Source: an uncultured Actinomycetes bacterium (lineage in GTDB: Bacteria > Actinomycetota > Acidimicrobiia > IMCC26256 > PALSA-610). Taken from it: a DNA stretch of 64,000 bases. The stretch lies in assembly GCA_963837155.1 (NCBI GenBank), contig CAWIMB010000002.1:151144-215143 (forward strand), read 5' to 3'. A program made the position numbers and the translations under genes. The notes beneath the pieces were generated by a model that was not told where the DNA came from, did no database searches, and saw only the letters and a program-made list of their open reading frames with translations. Below are positions 1 to 9,466 of this stretch, in pieces. The stretch's first letter is position 1. The number at the start of each line of letters is the position of its first letter.

Positions 1-717
1 CAGAATCTCAACAATGTGAAGCACACGATCGACGACGCCGCCCACCGGATCGCCGACACAGTGGTCGGCATCGCGAAGTTCGAGGCGGCGGCGACGAGTG
101 CGTCCAGCCCGATCCTCGGGCCGTCCCGTCTGCACGCGAACCAGATGGCGGCGTTCGTCACGGCGCAGAAGTACAAGCCACGCATCACGGTGCCGTTGCG
201 CGAACTCGCACAGTTGTACCTCGATGAAGGCACGCGGACGGGCGTACGAGGCGACGTCGCGTTTGCGCAGTCGATCCTCGAGACGGCCGGTTTCCGGAAC
301 CCGGGGAGTGCCGCGACCGACAACAACTTCGCGGGGATCGGCTGGTGCGACTCCTGCGCCCATGGCTACAACTTCCCCGATGCGCGCACAGGTGTGCGCG
401 CCCAGCTCCAGCTCCTGCGCACCTACGTCGACCCGAAGTTCCCGGAGCCGGGCTATACCGATCCGATCCTGTTGCGCGGCACCCTGCGACTCGGCTTCCG
501 CGGCAACGTGCAGACGTGGTGGGACCTGTGGGGGACGTGGGCCACGGGCGCGATCTACGGCCAACGCGTCTACGACATCTACCAACGCATGGTGAGCTTC
601 GCCAAGCTCGTGCCCCCGCTGCCGCCGGCGAAGATCGGCGTGCCGCCGCCCGCGTCCGGGCAGCCGGGCGACATCACGAGGCCGATCGATTCGGGCCCAG
701 GCACGAAGACGCCCTGA
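1..717 (+). CDS. glucosaminidase-domain protein (peptidoglycan hydrolase-like); 5' end probably outside the window
   Basis: ORF 16..717. The frame stays open back to base 1. FAQSILETAGF...NNFAGIGW resembles endo-beta-N-acetylglucosaminidase-type domains. Pro-rich C-terminal tail. Confidence 0.6.
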   Translation, partial: QNLNNVKHTIDDAAHRIADTVVGIAKFEAAATSASSPILGPSRLHANQMAAFVTAQKYKPRITVPLRELAQLYLDEGTRTGVRGDVAFAQSILETAGFRNPGSAATDNNFAGIGWCDSCAHGYNFPDARTGVRAQLQLLRTYVDPKFPEPGYTDPILLRGTLRLGFRGNVQTWWDLWGTWATGAIYGQRVYDIYQRMVSFAKLVPPLPPAKIGVPPPASGQPGDITRPIDSGPGTKTP

Positions 718-734
718 TCGGTAAGAGTTCCGGC

Positions 735-1577
735 ATGCGGTTCGCGGTCTTCACCGTCAGCCTGCCGGAGTGGTCGCCTCCCGAAGCGGTGACGCGGTTG
801 CGCGAGCTCGGATACGACGGCGTCGAGTGGCGTGTCACCGATCAGCCACCGTTCGACGAGACCGCGACTCCCGGCTTCTGGTGGGCGAACCGTTGCACGT
901 GGCCATTCGCCTCGTTCGTCGAGGACGCTCGCGCTATCCGGGCGCTGAGTGACGACGCCGGTCTCGCGTTGCCGAATGTCGGCACGTACGCCGCGTGCAG
1001 TGACCGCGACGCGGTCGAGCGCGCGATGCGAGGTGCAGCGCGCGCCGGTTCGCCGAGTGTGCGCATCACCGTGCCGCAATACGACGGCAAGGCGCCGTAT
1101 CTCCCCGTGCGCGATGCGGCCCTGCGCGACTTCGACGGCGTTGTTCGCACCGCGCAACGCCATGGTGTGTGCGCGCTCGTTGAGATTCACATGCAGACGA
1201 TCGTGCCCAGCGCGAGTGCGGCCGCCGCGTTTCTCGGCGAGTTCGATCCGTTGCACGTCGGTGTGATCCATGACGCCGGCAACATGGTGTTCGAAGGTCA
1301 CGAGGCGTACCGCATGGGTCTGGAGTTGCTGGGCCCGTACCTCGCGCACGTGCACTTGAAGAGTGCGCGATGGGTACACGACGATCGCGCCGGCTGGCAT
1401 CCGGAGTTCGCACCGCTTCGGGACGGCGCGGTTGACGTGCGGGCCTTGTTCGAAGCGCTCGCAGCAGTCGGCTACGACGGCTGGATCTCGTTCGAGGACT
1501 TCTCGACCGCGCAACCGTTGTTGGAGCGAACTCGCGACAATCTCGAATTCGCGAAGACCGTGTTAGCGGGGGTGTAA
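735..1577 (+). CDS. sugar phosphate isomerase/epimerase (xylose-isomerase-like TIM barrel)
   Basis: ATG at 735 inside ORF 345..1577. MRFAVFTVSLPEW...LGYDGVEW...HVHLKS...GYDGWISFEDFS is typical of this family. Confidence 0.8.
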   Translation: MRFAVFTVSLPEWSPPEAVTRLRELGYDGVEWRVTDQPPFDETATPGFWWANRCTWPFASFVEDARAIRALSDDAGLALPNVGTYAACSDRDAVERAMRGAARAGSPSVRITVPQYDGKAPYLPVRDAALRDFDGVVRTAQRHGVCALVEIHMQTIVPSASAAAAFLGEFDPLHVGVIHDAGNMVFEGHEAYRMGLELLGPYLAHVHLKSARWVHDDRAGWHPEFAPLRDGAVDVRALFEALAAVGYDGWISFEDFSTAQPLLERTRDNLEFAKTVLAGV

Positions 1578-2816
1578 CCGCACCGGCATATGCCGGATAC
1601 CAGTGTGTTTGTTGCTCCGTGTCCACTCGACGTCACCGGTGAGGGCAACGTCATGCACGCGATCGAAGAGCTCATCGAGCACGACGCGGATCTCGAGGCG
1701 GGCCAGGTTCGCACCGAGGCAGTGGTGGATCCCGTGACCGAAGCCGAGGTGCGGGTTCGGATCGCGTCGAAGGTCGAACCGGAACGGATCTGCGAACACC
1801 AACTCGTCGCGATTCGCGGACGCCTCCCAGAACACGACCTTGTCACCGGCCCCAATCGTCTGGCCGCCCAGCTCGACGGTACGCGTTGCGGTTCGCCGGT
1901 TGTACGACGCGGGATGCGTCCACCGTACGATCTCCTCGACCGCGGTCGGCATGACCGATCGATCGTCGCGCAGCAACGCGAGCTGATCGGGAGCCTCGAT
2001 CATCGCAACGATTGCACCAGCGATCGCGTTGCGCGTTGTATCCGCGCCCGCCGCCCACAGCAGAGAGAAGAAGAACTGCAGCTCGGGGTCGGTGAGCTGG
2101 GGTGGGTCTTCCCCTTCGAGGCGCGCGTGGCACACGACCGACAGCATGTCGTCGGCTGGGTGGGCGCGTTTGGCGGCGATCAGCTCCGAGCCGTACGCGA
2201 ACATCGACGTGGCGGCACGCGCGGCGTCGTCGGTGGCCTCGAACGCCTCCCGGCGGCCCCGGAAGTCGAACGAGTGCTCGATCCATTCGAACAGCTGGTG
2301 TCGGTCTTCTTCCGGTATGCCCATCAGAATGCAGATCGCTTGCATCGGCAGCTCGCCCGCGACCTCGTTCACGAAGTCGCACTCGCCCTTTGTCAAAGCA
2401 GTCTCCACGAGCGCGGACACGCGCTGGCGGAGATCGGTGTCGAGCCGGGCGATCGTGCGCGGCGTCAAGCCTTTGCTCACGAGCAGCCGGACGCGCTGGT
2501 GGCGCGGGTCGTCCATCATGTTCAGCATCTGGCCTGCCATCGGCAGGTCGTTGAGCGTCGTGCCGCCGTACGGACGCGTTCCGCCGGTCTCGGACGAGAA
2601 CGAGCCGGGATCGTGCACAACCGCCATGCATTCGGCGTGCGTGTGCACCGACCAGAAGCCTTCGGCATCAGGCGTGTGGTCGGTGGGCTCGTGCCACATG
2701 ACCGGCGCGGCGCGTCGCAGCTCGGTGAAAACACCGTGCGGGAAGCCGTGCGCGAAGAGATCCAGATCGGTGAGGTCGGGAATGTCCGCCAAGATCCGGA
2801 CGTTAACCCCCACCAT
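1563..2816 (-). CDS. cytochrome P450
   Basis: ORF 1563..2822. Heme-ligand loop FGHGIHHCLGANLA. ATG at 2816 preferred over TTG at 2822. Overlaps the divergent start of the next gene within CATG. Confidence 0.9.
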   Translation of the reverse strand: MVGVNVRILADIPDLTDLDLFAHGFPHGVFTELRRAAPVMWHEPTDHTPDAEGFWSVHTHAECMAVVHDPGSFSSETGGTRPYGGTTLNDLPMAGQMLNMMDDPRHQRVRLLVSKGLTPRTIARLDTDLRQRVSALVETALTKGECDFVNEVAGELPMQAICILMGIPEEDRHQLFEWIEHSFDFRGRREAFEATDDAARAATSMFAYGSELIAAKRAHPADDMLSVVCHARLEGEDPPQLTDPELQFFFSLLWAAGADTTRNAIAGAIVAMIEAPDQLALLRDDRSVMPTAVEEIVRWTHPASYNRRTATRTVELGGQTIGAGDKVVFWEASANRDELVFADPFRFDLRRDPNPHLGFGHGIHHCLGANLARLEIRVVLDELFDRVHDVALTGDVEWTRSNKHTGIRHMPVRLHPR

Positions 2817-3249
2817 GCCCAACCTTGAAGACTTCGCCGGCGACTTCCGCGCCTACAACCAGGCCGTCGTCGACGAATTTCGTGACAACGGTGGCCAGGT
2901 GACCGGCATGTTCGCCGGTGCTCCGCTTGTGCTGCTCACCCACACCGGGGCGAAGTCCGGCAAGCAACGGACCTCACCGGTCGTCTACACCCGCGACGGC
3001 GACAACATCGTGGTGATCGCATCGAAGGGCGGCGCGCCGACGCACCCGGACTGGTACCACAACCTCGTCGCGCATCCTGAGGTCACCGTGGAGCTCCCGA
3101 ACGAGAAGTTCGACGCCCGGGCCCGCACTGCGACGGGCGATGAGCGCGAGCGGCTGTTCCGCGCGCAAGCAGATGTGATGCCGAACTTCGACGAGTACCA
3201 GAAGAAGACCGAGCGCCAGATCCCGGTCGTCGTGCTCGAGCGCGTCTGA
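2815..3249 (+). CDS. nitroreductase-family deazaflavin (F420)-dependent oxidoreductase (DDN-like)
   Basis: ATG at 2815 inside ORF 2029..3249. VVDEFRDNGGQVTG...PLVLLTHTGAKSGKQRTSPV...THPDWYHNL is characteristic. Confidence 0.85.
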   Translation: MPNLEDFAGDFRAYNQAVVDEFRDNGGQVTGMFAGAPLVLLTHTGAKSGKQRTSPVVYTRDGDNIVVIASKGGAPTHPDWYHNLVAHPEVTVELPNEKFDARARTATGDERERLFRAQADVMPNFDEYQKKTERQIPVVVLERV

Positions 3250-3267
3250 GAACCCGCGCCGCCTCCC

Positions 3268-4258
3268 TCAAGGGAGCAGCGAGGAGCGGCCCGCCGACCA
3301 GGCGTGCAGCAGGTGTTCCGAGAAGGCGGCTTCGGTCTTCTCAAGTGCGCGGGCGCCGAACACGATGTCGCGCGCCAGCGCGGGCTCGTCGCGCGCGAGG
3401 CCGCTCGCCATGTCGTGCAGCGCGATGCGCCCGTGGTCGACATCGGCTTCAACGTGCGCGTCGTAGAACGGTGCGCCTTCCGGGATCCCCAGGCGGCGCA
3501 GGGTGTCTGCGTACCGTCCCATGGGCTGCACGGAGCACATCTCAAACAGCGCGAGGTGTCCGACCAGGGCGCCTCGCCATCTCCGGTGCAACCCGAACAT
3601 CGAGATCAGGTTGACCGTGGCGAGCGTCACTGCCGGAATCCGATCGAGGTACGCGCCGTACGTGGGGTCGAGCTCCAACGCGTGCATCGTGTTCGCGAAC
3701 AACGTCGCGTGCATCAGCTCGCCGCGACCATCTCCGTACTCGCCGTGCTGAATCTCGACGAGCGCAGCCTTCGCTCTGCCGTCCAGACGCGGAATCGCCC
3801 ACGTATGCGGATCAGCTTCCTTCAGCTGGTAGGCCGACCGGTGGATTGCGAACTCTCGCATCTGTTGGAGCGAGCCGTGCTCGCAGAACCATTGCGAGAG
3901 CGAAGGTCCGCCACCGGATGTGAGGGCGCGGAGCTCGTTTGCGACCTCCGCCGGTTCGACGTCGGGAATGACGATCGCCAGCGCGCAGCTCGCGTTCAAA
4001 TGCCCGCTCGAGGCGGGCGCGTTCCCGGAGGAGTGACGGTTCCCACTCCCAGCCTTCGTCGACACCGGCAAAGCCCCGGTAGTGCAACTCGTACGCGATG
4101 TACAACGCGAGCATCGCGTCGTCGTCGCGGCAGACGGGGCCGACAAACGCGGGCAGCAGCGGCAGCTCGTGCGGAGGGTGCTGCAGATGCGCGAGCAGGC
4201 AGGCGCCGACCGGCCCGCGGGCGTTCGGCAGCGTCGGTCCGGTCGCGGTGCGCGACAT
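3268..4258 (-). pseudogene. iron-containing redox enzyme family protein (heme-oxygenase-like fold), frameshifted as assembled
   Basis: The N-terminal ~90 aa lie in the frame of ORF 3812..4258 (DDDAMLALYIAYELHYRGF...ERAFERELRA). The rest lies in the frame of ORF 3268..4761 (IVIPDVEPAEV...IQHGEYGDG...). Span is 991 nt = 3n+1, so one extra base near 3975-3990. Confidence 0.7.
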
Positions 4259-4333
4259 ACCAAGGGGTTGAAGTGCGGCTTCGATGCTCTCAGTGTTCCC
4301 ACTCGGGGGCCGCGGGAACCCGAGCGCGGAGCA

Positions 4334-4786
4334 CTAGGTCTGGATACCGCGATACTCGGCGCCGGCGCGTTCGGCCATCTCCCGTACCGAGTCGACGACT
4401 GGACGGACCGCGTCCATGTCGACCTGGGCCGCGACTTCGGCACCGCCGGCCGCGGTGAGCATCTCCGGAAGACGCGTGCGCAGACGTTCGATAACCCACA
4501 GGAGCATGTCGCCGTGCGCGATCGTGTCGAAGTCGATGACCTGATTGATGACGCCGCCGTCCCCGGTCCGGTGCACGTAGTGGTAGTGCGGTTCGTCCTC
4601 GAAGACATCGAAGCGCAGATACTCGTGTCCGTCGTCGGTCCCGCACACGTGTATCGACACGCCCGCGTCGAAGAAACCACCCTCGGGCGACCGTTCCTCG
4701 AGCTCGGCGAGTTGCGCGGCGTCACCGGCGTAGGTCGCGCGCAGCGATTCCGGGTCGACATCGCGATACTCGACGCCGAACGTCAC
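4334..4786 (-). CDS. hypothetical acidic protein; possibly longer, starting at ATG 4892
   Basis: ORF 4334..4786 has protein-like composition. An ATGA-coupled ATG at 4892 opens MTGAEALGPNLIGKVYNISPQPPVPAHNH in another frame, which could join it through a 1-nt indel near 4795-4815 (tentative). Confidence 0.55.
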   Translation of the reverse strand: MTFGVEYRDVDPESLRATYAGDAAQLAELEERSPEGGFFDAGVSIHVCGTDDGHEYLRFDVFEDEPHYHYVHRTGDGGVINQVIDFDTIAHGDMLLWVIERLRTRLPEMLTAAGGAEVAAQVDMDAVRPVVDSVREMAERAGAEYRGIQT

Positions 4787-4888
4787 CGCACCGGCGCGGT
4801 ATGAGGTGGTTGTGCGCCGGCACCGGCGGCTGCGGCGAGATGTTGTACACCTTGCCGATGAGGTTCGGGCCCAGGGCTTCCGCTCCGG

Positions 4889-5701
4889 TCATCGGGCCTC
4901 CAAGCGAGTGAACACACGCCGCGCCGTGTCACCGAGCAGCGCGTGGTCATTGTCGAGTCCGAGCTCGGCCAGCTGCGTCACCGCCTGCGCGTGGCCGACC
5001 GTCGGGAAGTTTGTTCCGAACAGAACCTTGTGGCTCGGCAGGTAGTCGACGAGCGGGGTGGGCCATCGACGCGGCGGGTAGGACGCGGTTCCGAGGAACA
5101 CATTCGGGAACTTGCGCGACATCGCGATTGCCTCGTCGACCCACGGGTAGCCCGTATGGGACAGCACGAAGCGCGTGTCGGTGAAGAACAGGGCCGGCCG
5201 GTCGATGCCGATCGGGCGACCGCACTCGCTCGGCGTCATGCCGCCGGAGACGCCGGCTTGCATGACGACGGGGACATCGCGTGCGCCCGCGAGCGCGTAG
5301 AAGGGGTAGTACTCGGCGGCATCGAAGGGTCGGTCGAAGCTGTGCGTGTGCAAGTAGCAGCCCACGACCCATTGATCGTCGAAGCGCCGGTTCATCTCCC
5401 GAACGGCGTTGATGCCGTCGCGAGGGTCAACGAGCGCGAGCGCCACGAAGCGGCCGGGCCATTGCTTGGCGAGTTGCGCGGTTTCTTCCCATCGCGCGGC
5501 GACGGGAGTGAAGTCGTGCTCGTCGAGATCGCCGGTCGGCAGCACCAACGTGTCGATGCCGAGCTCGTCCATGCGCGCGACCATTGCCTCCGGTTCGAGA
5601 AACTCGTCGCGCCGGATCTTGAGCGACAGGCCTTCGGTCGCGGCATCCCAGACCGCCGTGCGGTCGGGCCAGAACGCGTTGCACAAGGAGTCAACGATCA
5701 T
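4889..5701 (-). CDS. amidohydrolase (amidohydrolase-2 / metal-dependent hydrolase family)
   Basis: ORF 4889..5701. Composition and length fit the amidohydrolase_2 TIM barrel. Paralogous to 7059..8201 and 18229..19422. Confidence 0.8.
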   Translation of the reverse strand: MIVDSLCNAFWPDRTAVWDAATEGLSLKIRRDEFLEPEAMVARMDELGIDTLVLPTGDLDEHDFTPVAARWEETAQLAKQWPGRFVALALVDPRDGINAVREMNRRFDDQWVVGCYLHTHSFDRPFDAAEYYPFYALAGARDVPVVMQAGVSGGMTPSECGRPIGIDRPALFFTDTRFVLSHTGYPWVDEAIAMSRKFPNVFLGTASYPPRRWPTPLVDYLPSHKVLFGTNFPTVGHAQAVTQLAELGLDNDHALLGDTARRVFTRLEAR

Positions 5702-7034
5702 CGCGGAATCTCTTCAACTTCGGGCTCGTCCCGACGCCGGTCAGGCCGTCGAGCGCACCAGGTGGCACGACTTCGACGCGCATGCGTACGCCGAGGCGGT
5801 CCTTGATCCGCGCCTCGACCACACGTTGCAGCCCTGGGAACTCGGAAGCAGCTTGGTCGCTGACGACGGCGACCACCATCTCGTCGCGGTTGTCCTCGCG
5901 TATCGCGCGTACGAAGTAGTCCGGTGCGATGCCTTCGACTGCTGTCGCGACGTCGCCTACGGCTTCGGGCCACACGTTGATCCCGCGCAGCTTGACCATG
6001 TTGTCGGCCCGGCCCGCGAACGGCGCCATCTTGCGCAGCCAGCTGCCACACGCGCACTGCTCGCGCGGGTACAGGTACGAGAGATCCATGATGTTGTACC
6101 GGAATTGCGGGCTGCCGGTCTTGTACAGCTCGGTGATGCAGAGGGAGCCGAGCTCGCCGTCGGGCAATCGTTCGCCGGTCTCGGGGTCGACGATCTGCAC
6201 AATGAACGCGTCCTCGAAGATGTGGAGTCCGTCGTGTTCCGGGCACTCGACCGATACCCACTGCACTTCGTGGAAGCCGTAGGAGTTGAAGCACTCGACG
6301 CCGAAGGTCGGACTCGAGTAGGTCGCGGTCGCCGATGTTTGGCAGCGCCTTGATGTTGAAGTCGTTCTTCGGGTCGTAGCCCATCGTGCCGCGACGTCGG
6401 CGAGGCGCAGGAGATAGTCGCCGGTTGTGAGGATGGCGGTTGCGCCGTACTCGATCGCGAGCTCGACCTGCCGCTCCGAGCTCGTGACGGTGCCCGCGCT
6501 TGCCGTCAGCACGACACAGTTCAACCAACGGTGGAGCGCTTCGTCGAAGATCCATGCTCCGTTGTGCGTGCCGTAGAGCCACGAGTTCATCACGACATCG
6601 CCCGGCCGGATCCCTTGCATATAGAGCGCGCGTGCGGTCAGCAACGCGCCCACATCGCGATCCCACTGTGTGTAGAACGTCGGCCGCGACTTTCCCGTCG
6701 TGCCGCCGGACATGTACACGCGCATGGGTCCGGTCGCCGCGTCGGCCGGCGTCACCGCCTGGTAGTCGCCCCACGGCGGGTGCGCGTCGATGCTCTGGCG
6801 AATGTCGTCGACCGTGTAGCACGGCGCGCGCCACAGATCCTCGAGGGTGCGCAGTTCGGAGGCGTCGAAGCCCGCGGCCGCCCAGCGCCGCGCGAAGAAC
6901 GGCACCCGCGCGGCAGAAGCCGCCCTGGCTTGCAACCGCTCGAGTTGCACGCGCTCGATCTCTTCGGGTGGAGCGAGCCACGCGCTCTCGAAATACTCCG
7001 GCGGCGGCGGATACGCGCGCATCGAGCGCGTCAT
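5691..7034 (-). CDS. phenylacetate-CoA ligase-like adenylate-forming enzyme (PaaK / F390-synthetase family); an internal ~70-nt stretch is out of frame
   Basis: ORF 5691..7034 has YMSGGTTGKSRPT and the C-terminal PaaK-type domain. Residues RWATTRRTTSTSRRCQTSATATYSSPT are off-frame junk. The alternate frame reads MGYDPKNDFNIKALPNIGDRDLLES. Confidence 0.8.
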   Translation of the reverse strand: MTRSMRAYPPPPEYFESAWLAPPEEIERVQLERLQARAASAARVPFFARRWAAAGFDASELRTLEDLWRAPCYTVDDIRQSIDAHPPWGDYQAVTPADAATGPMRVYMSGGTTGKSRPTFYTQWDRDVGALLTARALYMQGIRPGDVVMNSWLYGTHNGAWIFDEALHRWLNCVVLTASAGTVTSSERQVELAIEYGATAILTTGDYLLRLADVAARWATTRRTTSTSRRCQTSATATYSSPTFGVECFNSYGFHEVQWVSVECPEHDGLHIFEDAFIVQIVDPETGERLPDGELGSLCITELYKTGSPQFRYNIMDLSYLYPREQCACGSWLRKMAPFAGRADNMVKLRGINVWPEAVGDVATAVEGIAPDYFVRAIREDNRDEMVVAVVSDQAASEFPGLQRVVEARIKDRLGVRMRVEVVPPGALDGLTGVGTSPKLKRFRDDR

Positions 7035-7058
7035 AGTCGACGGCCTCGAACGCGCGAA

Positions 7059-8201
7059 TCATTCGGGCAAGTACCCTGGCGGGAACCGGTACAGGTCGAC
7101 GGCGTTGTCCCAGAGGATCTTGCGCTTGGCGTCGTCGTCGATCACGTCGAGGCCGAGGAAGTGTTCGGTCGCCCTCGGGTACTTCGAGTCCGGGTGCGGG
7201 AAGTCGGTCTCGAACACGATGTGGTCGTTGCCCATCCAACGGACGACATCGGCGACGAACTTGTCCTCGCACTCCGTGGAGATCCAGCAGTTGCGTGCGA
7301 AGTACTCCGTGGCGGTCATCGTCAGCTCGGGTGCTTCCGCGGCACCCGCGAGCTCCAGGTGCTCGTCGATGCGGTGCAGCCACGACGGCAGCCAGCCGCA
7401 TCCGGCCTCCATGTACGCGCACCGCAAGCGCGGGAACCGTTCGTAGACGCCTTGCACGATCATCGACAGCATCGCGGACTGCGCTTCGTGCGGATGCACA
7501 ACGGTGTGCCACTCGGTGAACGTCGTGAAGCGGTCAGAACCCGCGGTCTGCGCGTTCAGCCCCATGTACTCGTGCGTCGCGAACGCGCAATCGAGGTCCT
7601 GCAAGAGCTCGTATACCGGGTCGTAGTAGCGGTCACCAAGGCTGCGATGGTTGAACTGATCGGGCCGGGCCCAGAAGCACCGCACGCCGAGCTCGTCGTA
7701 GGCATAGCGGATCTCGTCGACCGCGCGTGCGACGTCATTCAACGGCACGGGACCCGAAGCGAGCACTCGACCGCCCGATTGCTCGCGCATCTCCGCGCCC
7801 CAGAGGTTGTAGGCCCGTGCCATCGCGGCTTGCAGCTCGGGGTCGATGCCGTCCAGCCACATGTCGTACTCGGGTCCGTAGATCACCATCACGTCGACGC
7901 CTTCGGCCTCGAGGGCAGTAGCAACGCGGTCGCCGGTGAATCCCTTCAGCACGAGGTCCTCGCCGTACTTGGCGACCATGTCGTCGGTGGTCCAGTTGAT
8001 CGCCTTCTGAAAGTTGCCGTAGATGCTCGTGGAGTGCTGGCTCCAGCGGCCGTCGACGGTGACCGGGTTGTAATGGTCGAAGCCGGGAGGGCTGCGGCGG
8101 CCGACGCGGTCGCGGAAACCCGCGTCGAGGAACCGCGGCCAGAGATCCGGCGGATAGATCACATGGGCATCGGCGTCGAACACTCGCAGGCCGTCGCGCA
8201 T
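7059..8201 (-). CDS. amidohydrolase (amidohydrolase-2 family)
   Basis: ORF 7059..8201: VFDADAHVIYP...FETDFPHPD. Confidence 0.85.
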   Translation of the reverse strand: MRDGLRVFDADAHVIYPPDLWPRFLDAGFRDRVGRRSPPGFDHYNPVTVDGRWSQHSTSIYGNFQKAINWTTDDMVAKYGEDLVLKGFTGDRVATALEAEGVDVMVIYGPEYDMWLDGIDPELQAAMARAYNLWGAEMREQSGGRVLASGPVPLNDVARAVDEIRYAYDELGVRCFWARPDQFNHRSLGDRYYDPVYELLQDLDCAFATHEYMGLNAQTAGSDRFTTFTEWHTVVHPHEAQSAMLSMIVQGVYERFPRLRCAYMEAGCGWLPSWLHRIDEHLELAGAAEAPELTMTATEYFARNCWISTECEDKFVADVVRWMGNDHIVFETDFPHPDSKYPRATEHFLGLDVIDDDAKRKILWDNAVDLYRFPPGYLPE

Positions 8202-8643
8202 GACCGAACACTACGCTCACGCCGTGAGCGACACGACCGGCCCGCACTTCTTCGTCCTCGATGAAATCGAGTGGCCCGACGAACGGAAGGCTCCGACCGC
8301 GCCACGCGAGCTCGTCGAGCAGGCGCAGCGGTCGGGTGCACGGCGCAAGTTCCTTGCCCACGGTGAGGGCGGATTCTTCTCGCAGTACTCAGAGTTCCCG
8401 GCGGGCTTCACAGTGCCGATGCACAGCCACGATCACAACGAAGTGATCCTGCTGCTTGCCGGCAGCTGCACGATGCTGGCGAGCGATGGCCTCGGCGACG
8501 GGCACCCGACGCTGCACGCCGGCGACTCGATGGTGCTGATCGGCGGCTACGAATACGGGTTCCGCGCGGGTGACGACGGCATGCGGTTCGTGACGATCCG
8601 CACGGGCAAGGCCGACACCAAGCTCACGGGTTCGTCGCAGTAA
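8200..8643 (+). CDS. cupin domain protein
   Basis: ORF 8200..8643: FPAGFTVPMHSHDHNEVILLLAGSC. Paralog of 15469..15843. Confidence 0.8.
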   Translation: MTEHYAHAVSDTTGPHFFVLDEIEWPDERKAPTAPRELVEQAQRSGARRKFLAHGEGGFFSQYSEFPAGFTVPMHSHDHNEVILLLAGSCTMLASDGLGDGHPTLHAGDSMVLIGGYEYGFRAGDDGMRFVTIRTGKADTKLTGSSQ

Positions 8644-9466
8644 TCAGCCACGCGCGCGAATCGAAGAGCACGCCTTCTCCAGTGTCGTGCTCCGTCATCG
8701 TCTGCTTGAGCGCAGCGAGCGCGCCGGCTTTGGTGTCGTCATCGAGGTCGGCGGTCATGCCTTGCGCAATCGCGGTGGTACTGAAGAAGTTGTAGGCGTC
8801 GTCGGCATCGGAGCCGAGCTCCACCGGTTCGTCGACGTCGGCGAGATCGATGTCGCGGAAGCCGGCTTCGGTGAGGATCGTCCGGACACGTGCAGGATCG
8901 GCGAGGCCGAATGGCCCCGGCGCGCCGGCCGGCGGAGCCGGCAAGTCCCGGCCAGCCGCGAGCGCCTTCCGGATCGCCAACAGCCACTCGTTGCGCGCAA
9001 GCTCCTGCCATACGAGGAGGGCGAGTCGCGCGTCCCTGCGGAGGCCGCGCCGGATGTTGACGAAGGCGGCGACGGGGTCGTCGAAGAACATCACGCCGAA
9101 CCGGCTCGTGGCGACGGAAAAACCTTCCGGGTCGAACGGGTGCACCTGGGCGTCCGCGACTTCGAACGTGACATTGGTGAGGCCCTCGGCGCGGCTGCGT
9201 TCGCGTGCCCGCTCGACCATCTGGTTCGAGAGGTCGATACCGAGCGTGGCGCCGGACGACGCAAGACGCGCGAAGTCACGCGTCGTTTCTCCGCATCCAC
9301 AGCCGATGTCGAGGACGTTGTCATCGGCAGCCACAGCCGCGCCTGCCTTCAGTTGCTTCGTGTGCCGCCGAGACGTCGCGTTGAAGTGCTCCTCGTTCTT
9401 TATCCAGCTGTCGCCCTCGTTCGCGTTCCACGCTCGGGTCTGGTCGGCGTTCACACTCGCGTTCAC
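8624..9466 (-). CDS. class I SAM-dependent methyltransferase
   Basis: ORF 8624..9466 with SAM motif I VLDIGCGCGETT. Confidence 0.85.
   Translation of the reverse strand: MNASVNADQTRAWNANEGDSWIKNEEHFNATSRRHTKQLKAGAAVAADDNVLDIGCGCGETTRDFARLASSGATLGIDLSNQMVERARERSRAEGLTNVTFEVADAQVHPFDPEGFSVATSRFGVMFFDDPVAAFVNIRRGLRRDARLALLVWQELARNEWLLAIRKALAAGRDLPAPPAGAPGPFGLADPARVRTILTEAGFRDIDLADVDEPVELGSDADDAYNFFSTTAIAQGMTADLDDDTKAGALAALKQTMTEHDTGEGVLFDSRAWLITATNP

Noticed and set aside
1583-1596. Perfect palindrome CCGGCATATGCCGG as a regulatory site
   Set aside because: It lies inside the 3' end of the P450 coding sequence, just after the stop of the convergent isomerase gene. At most it is a small terminator stem, with no other copy seen.
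2814-2817. Divergent gene pairs whose start codons share a CATG (also 8199..8202) as a special regulatory architecture
   Set aside because: The start codons of the minus-strand genes are uncertain, since alternative GTG/TTG starts lie nearby. The overlap may simply reflect my start choice.
1590-2828. Long antisense or off-frame ORFs opposite real genes (for example 1590..2828, 5698..7512, 6531..8264, 11605..12675, 17839..19572, 41114..42805, 43007..44089, 55660..56922)
   Set aside because: They have Arg/Ala/Pro/Gly-rich low-information composition typical of stop-poor shadow frames in high-G+C DNA. Each overlaps a gene with clear family motifs on the other strand or frame.
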